From NCBI GenBank assembly GCA_051294375.1, contig CM119270.1, forward strand, positions 17,953,710 to 18,017,709: DNA of 64,000 nt, read 5' to 3'. Under the pieces are notes generated by a model. It worked only from the letters and a program-made list of their open reading frames with translations. It was not told the DNA's origin and made no database searches. The stretch comes from Paraspadella gotoi. Taxonomy: Eukaryota; Animalia; Chaetognatha. Below are positions 1 through 11,654 of the stretch, piece by piece. The translations under genes were made by a program, and so were the position numbers. The first letter of the stretch is position 1, and the number at the start of each line of letters is the position of its first letter.

Positions 1-249
1 CTGACACCGGCTACGCTGATTTTTACATTAAACTTTGTATCCTGCACCAACTGAGCTCAACACATTTTTTTCTTTGGTCGGTTTTAAATCAAACGGTTAT
101 AATGGCATACTTGGTGATGATGATTTTTGTTGTTGTTGTGTTTGTTGTGATGTTGGTAGCTCTTGTTGTTTCCTTTTTATATCCGTCCATGTAGTTTCAA
201 TCACGGTCTCTCCGAGAAAAGCATTGGAAAAGATTTTAAAAATACTCAC

Positions 250-354
250 TCACTCCTATTGCTGTTGTTGTGTATCCTCCGCGGCGTTTCGGAACTCGAG
301 AAAAAATTTTAAAAAAACGTCCGCGAGGAGAGATGTAACATTTTTTTTTTTTGT
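250..354 (-). CDS. Gene A probable exon 7 (ectodomain, TKKNVTSLLADVF...); 3' end of CDS uncertain
   Basis: Follows a ~40-nt GT..AG mini-intron seen intact in copy 3 (39084-39124) and copy 4 (52620-52658); contains an NVT sequon. The frame is disrupted by homopolymer indels in every copy. Confidence 0.35.
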
Positions 355-394
355 TAACAAGAAAGGATATTTATAAATTATTATAACTATTCAC

Positions 395-483
395 GTTCCA
401 TTTTGGGAAGATGGAGAAATTTTTTTGGTCAGCCTCTGCTTTTTTGAATCTGCGTCCAAACACTTCTTCAGTGAAGGTCAACC
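395..483 (-). CDS. Gene A exon 6 (GLTFTEEVFGRRFKKAEADQKNFSIFPKWN)
   Basis: Polypyrimidine tract plus acceptor caacaaag|, donor AAC|gtgaat; 89 nt, phase 1 to 0, open frame continuing from the 19-nt microexon. Confidence 0.65.
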
Positions 484-907
484 CTTTGTTGGGAGAGAGG
501 GGGAATGGAGAAAGATTTTCATTATACATTTTTTTATAGTTACGAATAATGCGAAATATATTTTAAAACAAAAAACGTGCATTGTACCTTGCTTAAACCT
601 CTCCAAGCCATTGCGACTTATCATTAATCTGTAATCTGTAGTAAAGGTTTTGTGAATTGTTTTTCAACTGAAAAGAAGAGAAAAAGAGAAAAAGAAAAAA
701 AAAAATATTTTAAATTGGTGACTCGTTTCAACCTTGAGTTTTAGCGTTTTTCCTTAACGAGATTTATAGGTGAAATACTTCTAGAAAATAACAATTATAA
801 ACAAAAAAATTTGATTTGGTTTTCTGCTTGACTGCCTACAACTGCAATCTTCATGCAATGAATAAAAGGTAAGGTCGACCATGCAACATTACCACAAATT
901 TACTTAC

Positions 908-926
908 CTAGGAGATCTTGGGGTAC
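908..926 (-). CDS. Gene A 19-nt microexon (VPQDLL-G)
   Basis: tttatag|GTACCCCAAGATCTCCTAG|gtaagt with strong acceptor and donor; phase 0 to 1 joins exons 4 and 6 in frame. Also at 22689-22707 (19 nt), 39633-39650 and 52090-52107 (18 nt). Confidence 0.7.
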
Positions 927-1471
927 CTATAAAGACGGATGTGGTTAAGGAAGGAAAAATGAAAGTAGAAAAATATTGAAGTGAAGTTTAATGAGCCTAA
1001 ACTACCTGTTATTTAACTTTCAACAAAAAGTAATATGTCAGATTGAAAAACAAAAATCTCGTGTGTTTAGTTAAACGTAAATTTTAAAAACTTTTGCCAC
1101 AAATACAAAGAATAAACACTGGCCAATGTCCTTGGCATTTGATTTTTAAAATAATATTTTGTTCATCATCGTTTTTTTTAAATATTTAATTCCTTATCAA
1201 TTAATTAGCTTACAAAAATAAAGTCATTAGCATAGCATCACTTTCATGATTCATTGACTTTCCGTATTCTTTATCTCTTGAACGTCTAGATTAGTCCGTG
1301 AAATACTAACGCAACGTCTAATGATTGCTTGTGAAAGAAACAACTATGCTAAAGTTAACAAATCTATAATCATTGCCATTGAAAACTTATATGTTTAGAT
1401 CATCAAATAAAGAGACACTACAATAAACATTAAATTTTTGAAACGTCTCTCTCTTCTCTCTCTCCTCTCAC

Positions 1472-1602
1472 TCTTGGGTCTCTTGTGAGTGTTCCCCGGC
1501 CGTGAGAAAGACAAGGTAAGATGAGGAGGATCACGATGCCGACAAGTCCGACCAAGAAGAGGAAAATGAGGAAGTTCTCTTGCGGTCGAATCAGGCAAAC
1601 CA
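1472..1602 (-). CDS. Gene A exon 4, transmembrane helix (WCLIR..ELLIFLFLVGLVGIVILLIYLVFLTPGTLKEDPR)
   Basis: The cleanest copy, 51425-51546 (+), has ccacag| and |gtgag and 40 open codons with a ~23-residue hydrophobic run. This copy has indels. Confidence 0.8.
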
Positions 1603-2128
1603 CTTGTGGTTAAGGGGAGAGGTGTTTAAGGGTGGGGTGGTTATGGGGTAAATTAAAAAAAGTAGTGGGGAAAAAGGATGGAGTCAACCCAAGCAATCGC
1701 ATTCGTCTCTTTGATTCGTTAAATATTTTTGGACACAAGTTATATTTTTCAGTTTGACAATTTGGATAACTCGTGTTCTTCAAATTTCTGAAATGTAGTA
1801 CCAATAAGAATTTAAATTCTAAATGATTAATTCTTGTGTTTAATTTACAACCTACATTATCTGATTAATTATTACGTTTTCTGAGGTGAACAAATAACAT
1901 CCAGAGTATTGGCACTTAGTACGCATAGTATACTCCTGCAACAGAAATTGAGTCTCATAAAATGAGCTTGATGATATTAGAAACTAACAACTTAACAAAT
2001 TTATACTACTTTAACCTACTCCATCGAGTCTACACGCACCCGTTCTCTGCACCTAAACCACCCAATCACCATACTCTCCTTCCAAAACCTTATAATTCAC
2101 AAGCCACACCCTAAAACAGACCCCTTAC

Positions 2129-2400
2129 TGGGAAAGGCGGCTTCCGACAGTCCCATATTTGTGATCCTCCTTCTCAGTCCTCCACCAACCAAACTCGTAG
2201 TGACTTCTTTGTGGGACTTTGGGAGTGGTTGGGGGTGTGAGGTGGTTGCTGACAATGCTGAACCGGGGGTGGTGACAGAAGGCGCCGTGTCCAAAGGGTG
2301 CCCCCCACCAGGGGTCTCCAGGCCCTCCGGCCTCTATGCCCTCCTCGTCGGTAAGGGTGACCTGCCGATGGGTAGCGATGGCACCGACTGGGGGAGGAAC
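2129..2400 (-). CDS. Gene A exon 3 (FLPRVGPIAPSGSPLRRGG...SNHLTPPTTPKVPQRSHYEFGGGGREGGSQIWDVSGSRLSQ, manual consensus)
   Basis: GC-rich island with acceptor ctag| and donor CAG|gtaagg (intact in copy 2 and at 50641-50909); phase 2 to 0 fits both neighbouring exons. The frame was rebuilt from four noisy copies. Confidence 0.7.
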
Positions 2401-5269
2401 CTAGGCGGGGGGAGGGATAAGAGGGGGGAGATGTGGGGGAAGGAGGGAGAGAAGATGGAGGGCCGGTTGGGTAGTTTGGGGAGATTTAAATGGAAGAAGA
2501 ATTGAGGGCGCAACGGTGGGTGGAAGTTTGAAAATGGGATAAAGATGGAAAGTCAAAAGATAGACATGTGTCAAAGAAAGTGTGTGAAAAATAAAGAGAA
2601 AAATAATTCAGAGAAAAAAAAATTTTAAAAAAAACATGAGGAAAGTGGAAGTAGAATAAAAGGAAAAGAAAAAAAGGAAAAAAATGGAGAAAAGAGTCGG
2701 ATGGCGTGTGGGTCGATGCAAAAAATAAAGATGGTGGATGACAGAGAATGAAGCCGGGTGAGGAAAGTAGTGTAGATCGATGAGGGTAAGGGAAGGGAGA
2801 AGGGGGAAAAAAGAAAAACGCTTGAGTTCCTTTTTTTTTGTTTAAGATTCAGGGATCTTTGTATTAGAATCGGGAAATGAAAGCAATAGCTAAAAAGAGA
2901 AAAGAGTTAAATTGTCCCGGCATTATCGCGAGATTAAAAATGAGATAATCGAAATATAGTAGTAACGAACATAGATCATAATTAATATTATATAAGAAGT
3001 TTTTAAAGAGAGAAATGTAAAAAAATTATTCATATTAATTGTGTTGAGGGAAGTATTGAAGCAGAAAAAAATCAAAGATGGTTGTAAGTATTAGGTCATA
3101 GTAGTAGTTAATGTTGTTTGTTTTGTTGTTGCTTTGGGTTTTTGTATTAATAGTTTATTATTGTTTCCTATATTTAAGAAATACTTTTTCTGCATTTTAA
3201 AAAAATATTTAATAAAGATGAATATAAACAAATTAAATAAATAATAAACAAAAGTCACAAATGTTTTAAAATGCAGAGCTAAATAAAAGATAAATCATTT
3301 CTTGCCTAGGAAATTACAGAATGATGTCACTTTATAACTGAATCAGTATTGCAAAGAATGCCAAGTTGTCTACACTGTTCATACTGCCTAGGGACATCAA
3401 GATATTAAAAAAATATTACTTAAACGAGAATGTATATCTTTGTTGACGAATAACAATAGCAAAACGAAGAAAAATTTAGTTACTTAACTATTATACTCAC
3501 TTTGTATTGGATTAGAATTAAATCAAAGACCTTCTCGTCCCCTTAAGAACTTTTCTCCCCCACCATGTAGTTGGGTGTCCCCCACGTAAATTGGGCATGC
3601 CATCATTCTCGTTGCGTTGATATTATTTAAAGAGTATTATTTTCGTGTAAGTGTAGAAATAAAAAGTGTTAAGAGTTGTTTCGGTATTCGGAAGTAGAGA
3701 AAAATATAATGTAATTTTTTTATTTTATTTTGTACGGAATTCGGTTTTCAGGCCTTTTTTTTATAAAAAATACTAACAGACTCTTCCGCTGTGTCGTCTT
3801 TTTCTGCAGAAAAGCAAAACAAATAAAAACAAAATTAAAAGATAAAACAAACGTTTCAAAAGTTTTTGTCTTTCTTTATTCCCTTTTTGTTTGGATTTTA
3901 ATCACCACATATGTCCATTTCTGAGAAGATTTTTGGGGGGTTCACGGAGGTTCTCGACCTGCGGAATATTTATGTAACGATTTGCAAAGCGTATTTGCAA
4001 AAAGCGCTGAACTCGATATTGCTTAAAAAAATAATGCTTAATGCTTATGAATGAATAATGAATAAGGCTTAGAAAGAAAGTTAACCAGTATTTCGCAATG
4101 ATGACCCTTTAAAAAAACGCAGCTAGAATCATTTTTATGCTCTTTTATTAATTGTATTTTAAATGTTATTGAGAAATAATCTTTTTTCTTTACACATTCA
4201 ACAGAATTACATATTTTTTTTTACATTTGTCGCCAAACCTTCAACAAAACTATTTTGGACGGTTTTGTTCGGTGTGACTTTATTTTTAACGGCAGGCGAA
4301 TAAAGGCCACCCTGTATACCATGCAAGTAGCTTTTTTTATTATGTGACACAGAAATGCACATATGGTTCGATAAATCTATTATAAGAAACAAAATTTTCT
4401 TGTGCAAAAAAAAAAGAAAAAAAGGACGGAAGCCGAGGAATCGGCAAAAAAATTAATTTTATTACACGATTTCATTATTTAAAAAATCCAAGCACTGACT
4501 AAAAAATGTTCTCAAAACGTTAAGCTTATACAAAATAATACTTTTCTACACTTTTGCTAATTTAGGCTCTTTTTAAAAGCATAAATGATTTACACACATC
4601 GCGTTATTTTGAAAAGCAAAAAAAAAAAAAAAAAAACAGAATCGCGCTTTAGTCGCAGTTAAACCTAGATAAGAAAGCTTGTACAAGCTACAAATCTTTT
4701 TAAACGTTAATGTCCTGTGTTTAACTGTTGGAGATGCAGCTACAATGTAAAAATTGTTCCGCACCAAAATATTTTATGATCCTGAAAACCAGATCTTTTT
4801 TTAATTTTTCCTTCAAAACAAAAAAAGAAAATAAAAAACCTACTTTTATTTTTTGGCGCTGGCCCCCCCAAAACAAAAAACTTTTTTCTTTCCCCCCCTC
4901 CCCCTTTTTTTTGTTTCAAAGCCTCAATGATCACTCTCTTTCTCTCTTTCTCCTTCTCTCTTCTCTCTCTCTTCCTCTTTCTCTTCTCTCTCTCTCTATC
5001 TCTCCTTTTCCTTTTTTCGCCTCCCTTTCTTCTAACGTATATCTTTGACTCGGCATGAATTAAGTAAGAGCGATGTTTATCTCGCTCGGTTGCAAACCTC
5101 CTTTTTTTTCATGGTTTCCAAGCGCCTAATATAATTCCCAAACAGTTCCTATCTTTTCAAGGGGTTTATACCTTTCTCCCTTCGCCCAAAGACGTGAACT
5201 TATTTGGGAGCCGATATTTTAGAACTGTACAAAGCATAACCTGATTATTTTTACATTTATTCTTCATTT

Positions 5270-5367
5270 ATTGATTCATTCATTTCATTCATTCAATTTA
5301 TTTATTTATTTATTTATTTATTATTATTATTTATTTATTATTTATTTATTTATTTATTTTATTTATC

Positions 5368-5402
<35 letters not shown>

Positions 5403-5620
5403 TTTTTTATTTTTTTATTTATTTTCTATTACTTTATTTTATTTATTATTTATTTATTATTTATTTATTTTTATTTATTTATTTTATTTAATTTATTTAT
5501 TTATTTTTTCTCAATTATTTATAAATGCTAATTTTCATTAATTCACCATTTTCCTCTTCATTCATTTCATGATTCATTGATTCATTTATTCAATACGATT
5601 CATTCATTAAATCCATTTGT
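5270..5620 (+). repeat. (TTTA)n microsatellite flanked by (ATTC)-like repeats, in a gene A intron
   Basis: Directly visible; also at ~27085-27340, ~43905-44140 and inverted at ~47530-47810. Confidence 0.95.
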
Positions 5621-5699
5621 TAATTAGCTAATTTTTTATCAAACGATTCTCTGACTCGAACGAAAATATTTTTCCGACTTGAGAATTTTCGAACTCCAA

Positions 5700-5770
5700 A
5701 CGATGGGCGGTGTCTTGGCGTGAACTTGGCGTTGACTGGCGTGACTTGCGCATAAATTGGCGCTTGGTCA
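5700..5770 (+). repeat. 10-bp tandem repeat (CTTGGCGTGA)x~4 in an intronic GC patch, possibly a non-autonomous element remnant
   Basis: Clearest in copy 3 at 44341-44390: gtgtcttggcgtgacttggcgtgacttggcgtgaacttggcg. No terminal repeats or target-site duplication identified. Confidence 0.5.
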
Positions 5771-6599
5771 TTGCTTCGCGCCGACGAGAATCGTTTGCGA
5801 ATAAAATATTTAATTGCTTGCAGCCAATGATGATAACAATGAATAGCATTTCATGTCAAAAACTAATACTGGAGCTGCATCTTTTAATGAGAAAAAAAAA
5901 TAATTCTGAATTGAGTACATAAGTACAGGTAAGCTTTAGTAAAAAAACTGGGTTTATTCTATTGACCGAAACTGAGACATATTAAAAAAAACCAACAAGT
6001 AAAATTAGTATTAAAAAAAATACTTCTAGTATTTAAAGGAACGTTAATTAAAAATTTAGTCTCATGTCTATTTAAGTAATATGAAAAGATAATTTTAATT
6101 TGTTTTACTTTAATAAATACAACAAATGTTTCTTGCTTAAAATGCCCAACCCCCTTCCTCCCCCTCTCGACCCCACCGTACCCGCCAAATCCGAAAATCG
6201 CCAGGAAGATTTTATTTTTGGATAAACCGTAATTAAAAAGAGATTTCTTACGCTGAAACCTTTTTTTTTATTATTAGTGGCAAAACAAAAAACTTTTAAA
6301 CAGCTCTAACTAACGAATATTCAAAGGTTTCCTCACATTTTTTTTTTAGTAGTAAGTTTTTACTGAGGTGGATGAGGACATGCGAGATACTAGTATTTTT
6401 TATATCATCAGTAGTTATTATGAAATTGATGATACACCAATATAAAATTATCCATTCATTTTAATAAATAACGGCTAATCTTGGCCCCGACCTTGGACAG
6501 GCTTTGTGCTTTAAAAAAAAAAAAACAACAAAACCCAACATACATTGACTTTTCCTAGAAACGCCCATTTGATCCTAAATTTTTTTATTTTTAGTTATT

Positions 6600-6705
6600 G
6601 TGTTAGGTTTAGGTTTCTTTTATTAGGTTTAGAGGTTTTAGGTTTAGGATTAGGTTAAAGAGTTTGGATTAAAAATTAGGGAAAAAGGTTTAGGGTTCTA
6701 GGTTA
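6600..6705 (+). repeat. Degenerate TTAGG/TTTAGG telomere-like simple repeat, interstitial and intronic
   Basis: ttaggtttaggtt...ttaggattaggtt...ttagggtt; recurs at ~28510-28620, ~45260-45360 and inverted at ~46275-46375. Confidence 0.6.
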
Positions 6706-6935
6706 AGAAATTTAAAAAATAACTATATAAAGTTAAAATATCAAGATTCAAATTAAATCCCGGGATAAAGGACAAAATAGGGCGCTCTGGGAAAATAGAG
6801 CCATAGCTCTTTACATTCGCCCTCCCCCAACCCAATTCGTCTACTCTAACTCGATTAATCTCCTCATCCCTCATCCCTCTTTCTCTCGTCTCTCTCTCTC
6901 TCTCGTCTCTCTCTTTCCTCCCCCCTTCAACCCAC

Positions 6936-8000
6936 CTGAGAATGATTGTCGTGTCAAACATGTTATCAATCTGGGTCGACCGATTGCAATGGATTCCCGA
7001 TCGTCGCCGCGTGTCTCGATCCCTCCTCTCCAGTTCCCGCACTGAGCTCGAGGATGCGTGCAAATCCATCGGCGACATCCCCGAAACGCCTGCGATCGGC
7101 GTCGGCGGCGGGATCGGGCGGCGGGTCGAGCGGCGTTCGACGACGCGGCGAGGCGGCGGAGGCGGCGGCGGCGATCGCGTCGGCGGGAGGGAGGGATCGT
7201 TCGAAGGCGGGCGGCGGCATGGAGGTGGGTGGGGTGGGTGGGGGAGAAAAAAGGAAGAGAGAGGATCATCGTCTGCGGCGTCGTGAATAAGAAACTTCCG
7301 AACCCGAACCCTGGCGGGCGAAAACGTCAAAAGGATTCCCCTGGCGGTGGGTGGTAATGGATGGTGGTTTTGAATGGTGGTGGTGGCGGTGATCGTGGGT
7401 GGGGTGGTCGCCCTTTTATTTTGAGTATCGAGGGAGAAAGTTGAGTTTTGGGCGGAGTCTGTCCGTTGTTGTTGTTGTTTGTTTTCGTGGTTTTCGTTGT
7501 TGTTTTCGGCGTCGTCGCCGTCGCGAAACTGGGCGGCGAATGGGAGGAAGGAGGGGAATAAGCCGGCGGCGCTACCGGCCGCCATCACCGTGGCGCCAAA
7601 CACCATCAACCGCCGCGGCGTCGGCGTCGGACTTCGAACGACGCCGGAAAGAAGTTTTTCTCTCGTCGTCTTCGTCGTCGTCGTTGTGCCAGGAACGGAA
7701 TCGTAGACGGAGGAGTAAAAAGTTCGCGAATCGGATTCGCCGGAATCTTTCCATTTCCGGCAAATCCTCTTCCTCCTCTTCCTCATCCTCCTCCCCGGAC
7801 CCTCTACATGCCCCGAACGTCGTGTCTCCCCGGTTGCGTCCGCGTCGTCGTCGTCTGTGTCGGTCTCGGGAGTGTCCAGACTCTCGATCGGCAAAGCATC
7901 GAGGAAAACTCGGCCGTTGTTTGTCCGTTGTCGTCGTGTTGTTGTGGGCCGGCGATTTGGGATCGGGGCGCGGGAAGAGTCGAGGAAGGCGAAGTAAGCC
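6936..8000 (-). CDS. Gene A exon 2 (~1.07 kb; low-complexity cytosolic linker with poly-T/E/N/H/P tracts, PPSY and PPAY)
   Basis: Acceptor cccatag| after a long pyrimidine tract and donor CTCAG|gtgggt (phase 2). The copy at 30382-31123 (+) reads open as YFAFLDSSPRPDRKSPPTTT...MLSPIESLDTPETD...RRQGSVEVSIHDAADDDPLSSFFLP. Confidence 0.8.
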
Positions 8001-8029
8001 CTATGGGTTGGGAGGAGGGTGAGGGGGTG

Positions 8030-8390
8030 TGTAGGGGGAAAGAGGAGAGTAGGGGGGGGACGGGGAGAAGAAGAAAAGAGAGGAAGAGGGTGAAGAGAGA
8101 CGAGAAGGGAGAGAAGCATAGGGAAGAAAGAAAAGAGGAGAGAGCAAATAGAGAAAAAAAAGAAAAAGAAAAGAAAAAGAGGAGAGAGCAAAAGAGAAGA
8201 AGGTAAAGAAAGAAAGGAAAAGGAATAAAATAAAAAATTAAAAATGAAAAAAAAAGAAAAAAAAGAGAAAAGAAAGAAGAAAAGAAAGAAAAGAAATAAA
8301 GAACAAGAAGAAAGAAAGAATAAAAGGTAAGAAAAAAGAAAGGATAGCAAGAGAGAGTAGGGAAAACAAAGAGTAAAAAGAAGAGAAAAA
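8030..8390 (+). repeat. Polypurine (A/G) low-complexity tract, which is the intronic polypyrimidine region on the gene A strand
   Basis: Directly visible; it produces the spurious F/L/S-rich N-terminus of the 550-aa ORF. Confidence 0.9.
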
Positions 8391-8715
8391 TGTGCGGAAC
8401 CATGTTTTTTATTTTTATATTTTTTGTGTATTTTTTTAATTCTTAGTACTTAATTGTACCTAGATTGCCAAGATTAGATCTTAAATCGTTCTCACAGTAT
8501 TCAAATACTCATTAAACTTTGAAATTCTTCATAAAGCGAAAAAAAAAATCGTATAAATACTGAAATAATTATATTTAATGATAATTAAATTTCATTTTTT
8601 TAAATACGATAGAAAATTAATATAATTGTTTCACAAGGCTACCTAGAACTAAAGTACTTTAAGAATTACATAATATTTAAAGATGGAGTAATTCCGCTTC
8701 ATTTTTCTCTCTCAC

Positions 8716-9177
8716 CCGTGGCTGATGTACAATGGTCGTATCATGCGGTGCAGCCCCGCGCAAAAAGAACGCCGCGCGCTGCGCTGTCCTTTTGGCGAGC
8801 GCCGCCAGTCGCGCTCGTGTTTGGCCTTGACGCTACCCCTGGTTCGGACCGTTGGGGAGGATAAATTGGGGCTAGAGGGTTTGTTAGAGTCACATTGGGT
8901 CAGTATGGATTCCCTCCAGTCCGTCCCTACGACCCTGAGCGTCATCTTTGGCGAAGAACGTTAAGGACCCTTTTGTCTCTGAGAGCTCGACCAAGTTTGT
9001 AGTTCATAGTGGTTTCTTAAAATTAAAATACAATCCTGACCGTTTTACACTTTTGATACATGCGCTCATCTGTAAGTCATTTTTAACGGTATCGGGCGCT
9101 TGGATTGAGGAAGGAAGTACATGCTCGACGTTGATTATTTCTTGGAATGATTTCGAAGTTGACGACGGGCGGAACAT
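8716..9177 (-). CDS. Gene A exon 1, predicted helical globular domain (5' boundary uncertain)
   Basis: Donor CAC GG|gtgaga (phase 2) joins exon 2 to give ...YISHG|YFAFLD. A second noisy copy lies at 13119-13556 (+). The frame was rebuilt by hand from the two copies. Confidence 0.6.
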
Positions 9178-9408
9178 TGTCGTCGTCGTCGTCGTCGTCG
9201 TCGTTGTCGGTGGCGTCGGTACATTTTTGTCTTTATTGTAGCGACGTGTGTATATAAATATATATTTACTAAAACGCTATACAGTTTTAATATATCGGTT
9301 TGTAGTTTCTTCTTCGAAGGGAATGTGAGCGAAGGGTTAGTGTAATATAACCGATTACACTAAAATATCATCGATGGAAAAATTTATATTTGTTTTTTTG
9401 CGGATGGG

Positions 9409-9409
<1 letters not shown>

Positions 9410-9491
<82 letters not shown>

Positions 9492-9620
9492 GAGTTTGAT
9501 TACCATTATAGAAGTTCATTTTCTCGGATGGCTTTGCGAAATGTCTTGTTACTTTGTTAACAAGATTGAGTAAGAGTTAAAATTGAAGACAGACAGAACA
9601 GACAGAGGAGAGAGAGAAGA

Positions 9621-9668
<48 letters not shown>

Positions 9669-9700
9669 AGAGAATTGAGAGAAGAAGAAGAAGAGAGAAA
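9410..9700 (+). repeat. Two (GA)n microsatellites
   Basis: Directly visible at 9413-9490 and 9605-9697; mirrored exactly at 12573-12857. Confidence 0.95.
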
Positions 9701-9849
9701 ATCCTCTTCAATTCAGTCTTTTTTTGCCCTATTTTTATAGAAAATAAATAAAAGAAAAAAGAAACAATAAAATTCACGATGCTCTCTCTCCTCTCCTCTC
9801 TTTCTCTCTCTCTCTATATTCCTATTTCTTTTAAAGCTCCTTTCTTCAT

Positions 9850-10047
9850 GCCCCGAAGGGCGTTCGACACGAGGCCCCGACGGACCCAGCAGCCGTTTGC
9901 ATTGAAAAGACCCGCCAAGCACCCGACAAGCAACTGCAAGGGCACTTGAGGGTTGCAAAGCACTCGACGACGTGATTGCGGAATGTGAGGCGGGTCGCAT
10001 TCGGAGAATGAAACCGCGTCGGAGTATTTCAGGCGTTGTCGGTGCGT
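9850..10047 (-). other. GC-rich, Cys-rich exon-like segment upstream of gene A (coding status unclear)
   Basis: Present three times (9850-10047 minus, 10273-10497 plus, 12223-12420 plus). A merged reading gives ...LKCPCSACRCLAGLFSANGCWVVGASCRTPFG, with a GT donor (ggg|gtaatt) only in the 10497 copy. Confidence 0.35.
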
Positions 10048-10270
10048 CTCATCATGCAAATCATTATCATCTCATCATCATCATCACATCATCTCATCAT
10101 CATCATCTTTATTATCATCTTAATCATCATCATCATTATATCTATCCATAATCTTCTGTCCATCATGTACTTTATGACATCAATCATAAATAATTTCATC
10201 ATCATCGAATCTTTATCATCAGTCTTTATCATCATCAATCATCATCATCATCATCATCATTATATCATAC
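10048..10270 (+). repeat. Degenerate (CAT)n microsatellite
   Basis: Directly visible; mirrored as (ATG)n at ~11950-12220. Confidence 0.9.
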
Positions 10271-11599
10271 CCGACGACGACCACAACGCCATCTTGAAAT
10301 ACTTCCGACGCGTTCAGTTCTCATCGGGAATTGGCGCACGTTTCCACGCCTCACATTCGCAATCATCGTCGTTGCTCGAGGTTGCTTGGCAACCCTTTTT
10401 CAAGTGCCCTTGCAGTGCTTGTCGGTGCTTGGCGGGTCTTTTCAGTGCAAACGGCTGCTGGGTCGTCGGGGCCTCGTGTCGGAACGACCCTTCGGGGTAA
10501 TTAAATAAAATCTTTTAAAAAAATAAAAAAACGACAGCGAGAGTGAATCATCATTCAAGTACTCGAACCCCGTCGTTGGTTCACACTCAGACTGTCTATC
10601 CTCATTTTCGCTATCAAACTCTCCTCTCTCTCTTCTCTTCTCTCTCTCTTCTCTCGTCTCTCCTCTCTTCTCTCCTTCTCTCTCCTCTTCTCTCTCTCTC
10701 TCTCCTCTCTCTCCTCTCGTCTCATTTCACTCCGATTTGTGTTTCCGTTCGTCCGCCTCTCCCTCTTCTCCTCCTCTCCTGCCCCGCTCTTCACACTCTT
10801 CTCTCCTCCTCCCCCCTCCCCCCTCTTCCCTCCCTTCCGCTCCCCTCTCCCTCCCTACCTCTCCCACCTCCCTTCCTCCCTCACCCCGCCCTTTCCACTC
10901 TCCGATTCCCTTCCCCGGCTTTTTCATTCCAACCGGGCATCACCCCACTCAATTTTTCCAACCGGGGGATCACCTCACTCATTTCTCCACAACATCGATC
11001 ATATTTTCCGCGATTATTTTGACGTCCGTCGTCGTCGTCGTTCGTCCGTCGTCCCGTCGTTACCATCATCATCGTCTCTCGTCGTCGTCGTCAGTTGTCC
11101 GGGTCTACCCACCAAACATTTAAATCTCTTCACACCGTGAAGCCAAGTTAACATCAGAAACCGTCATCGTCGTTTTTTTCCATTTTTGTCATCACATCAT
11201 CATTATCATTCTCATCATCATTATTCACCTTATCTTAATCCTCGAGTTCGTCCTGGTCTTTATTTATCACTCTATTCATTCATGAATTGAAAGTCTGCAA
11301 CATCTCATTACATTAACCATCATCATCATCATCTCTTCAACATCAACTAAAACATAAACTCCTCTTTTCCTTCAACAGAACGGTCAAGCTTCGCATCATC
11401 CTCATTTAAGCTACTTGTCTCGTGACGTCCTTGTCGCGCCGTCGTCAGTCTGTCGGCGTCAGTCGTCGCGTCCGCGGTCTCCGCGTCCGCAATCTCAAGA
11501 CACCCGGGCTTCCCCTTCTCTCTTCTGGCTCATCCCGGATACCTAACCATCCAGAGTGCAGAGTAACTTGCAGTGAACGCCGCTCTCTCCTCCTCTCTC

Positions 11600-11654
<55 letters not shown>

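Larger units (their letters stand above)
1..10272 (+). repeat. Copy 1 of the repeated locus (carries all recognisable gene A exons)
   Basis: Position 1 (gacaccggctacgctgatttt...) recurs at ~21755 and ~38741 in direct orientation and at ~52990 reverse-complemented; the copies stay collinear over kilobases with dense 1-nt indels. Confidence 0.95.

Noticed and set aside
5271-5531. Hydrophobic IYLF-rich ORFs (also 47578-47892) resembling membrane proteins
   Set aside because: They are translations of the (TTTA)n microsatellite.
6600-6705. True telomere or chromosome-fusion site
   Set aside because: Short, highly degenerate, intronic and flanked by ordinary sequence in all copies.
6698-8350. 550-aa ORF taken as a complete gene
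   Set aside because: Its ends are intronic pyrimidine and GA tracts, and the middle drifts between frames through indels. Only 6936-8000 is exon, and the cleaner copy at 30382-31123 gives a different translation for much of it.
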